Shown: positions 63,478-64,000 of the stretch, piece after piece
Layout of the letters: every line of letters begins with the position of its first letter
How positions within the stretch are numbered: position 1 is the stretch's first letter
Assembly (NCBI GenBank): GCA_043228905.1
Contig: JBHGNT010000001.1
Location: 15,128,001-15,192,000, forward strand
Direction of reading: 5' to 3'
DNA from: Azolla caroliniana
Taxonomy: Eukaryota; Plantae; Polypodiophyta
Length of the DNA: 64,000 nucleotides
Program-made: the position numbers and the translations under genes
Notes under the pieces: generated by a model
Told to the model about the DNA's origin: nothing
The model's input: the letters and a program-made list of their open reading frames with translations, nothing else
Databases searched by the model: none

Positions 63478-63830
63478 GCTCACATGCAATTCAATGTGAA
63501 ACAAGGCGTTGTGGTACAAGTGATGAGAGTGGTAGGCTATGCACACTTTGCCCTAAACAAGTTCGTGAGTCTGAGTATCAGACTTTGATACAATGCTCTG
63601 CCTTTGATCATATTCAACCATGCTTTCCACATCTCTTAGATCGAGCCCAATCTTTGCATGAATTCCTCTCACAACCACAATGTGCACTCTCGATTGCAAC
63701 ATTCATTGGTAAAGTTCTTGAACATCGAGAGTCACTACTCACTTTCACACGTATCACGTGAAATGTAATCTTTTTGGTCTCATAGGTCATATTTGACCTC
63801 CGAAGACGATAATATAATCTACCTATCTAT
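63478..63830 (+). mobile_element. RTE-like LINE 3' end (~350 bp) inserted in an LTR-like sequence starting at 63034
   Basis: Matches 43055-43410 with a ctatctat tail. Confidence 0.9.
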
Positions 63831-64000
63831 AGTATCTGTAGCCATGTCTTTGCGCCGTATTGCCTACATTGAGGTCCGTCCGAAGGTGTACAAGGTCTCT
63901 GTTGATGTTGATGAGCTCATCGTGAACGTGAGGATAACTTGGTCAAGATCCGAAAGAGAAAGTGAGAAGAAAATCCGTAGAGAAGGAGAAGAAAGAGGTA

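Overview
Eukaryotic land-plant genomic DNA; the TE content suggests a non-seed plant (bryophyte, lycophyte or fern), which is inference. Nearly all of the window is nested, decayed TEs: Ty1/copia, Ty3/gypsy, solo LTRs, L1- and RTE-like LINE fragments and a hAT-type MITE. The only intact host gene is an intronless dirigent-family gene (56786-57340). The main observation is a 7.35-kb DNA transposon at 28819-36166 with 35-bp TIRs and a 4-bp AAAG TSD, inserted into an L1 RT whose frame is restored when it is removed. It encodes a Sola1/DUF7869-like DDD transposase. Head-to-head with it is an intron-containing gene with a putative ParB-like segment and a bacterial-type beta-class N6-adenine/N4-cytosine DNA methyltransferase (DIPY...NPYQKP...VLDLFSGTGTT...RNCVTLEND). 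A second, diverged member with the same two-gene layout lies at <1-~5950, and its partner-gene intron holds a regular array of perfect 31-bp palindromes. Both transposases and the element-2 partner gene are pseudogenised. All calls come from reading motifs by eye; no searches were run.
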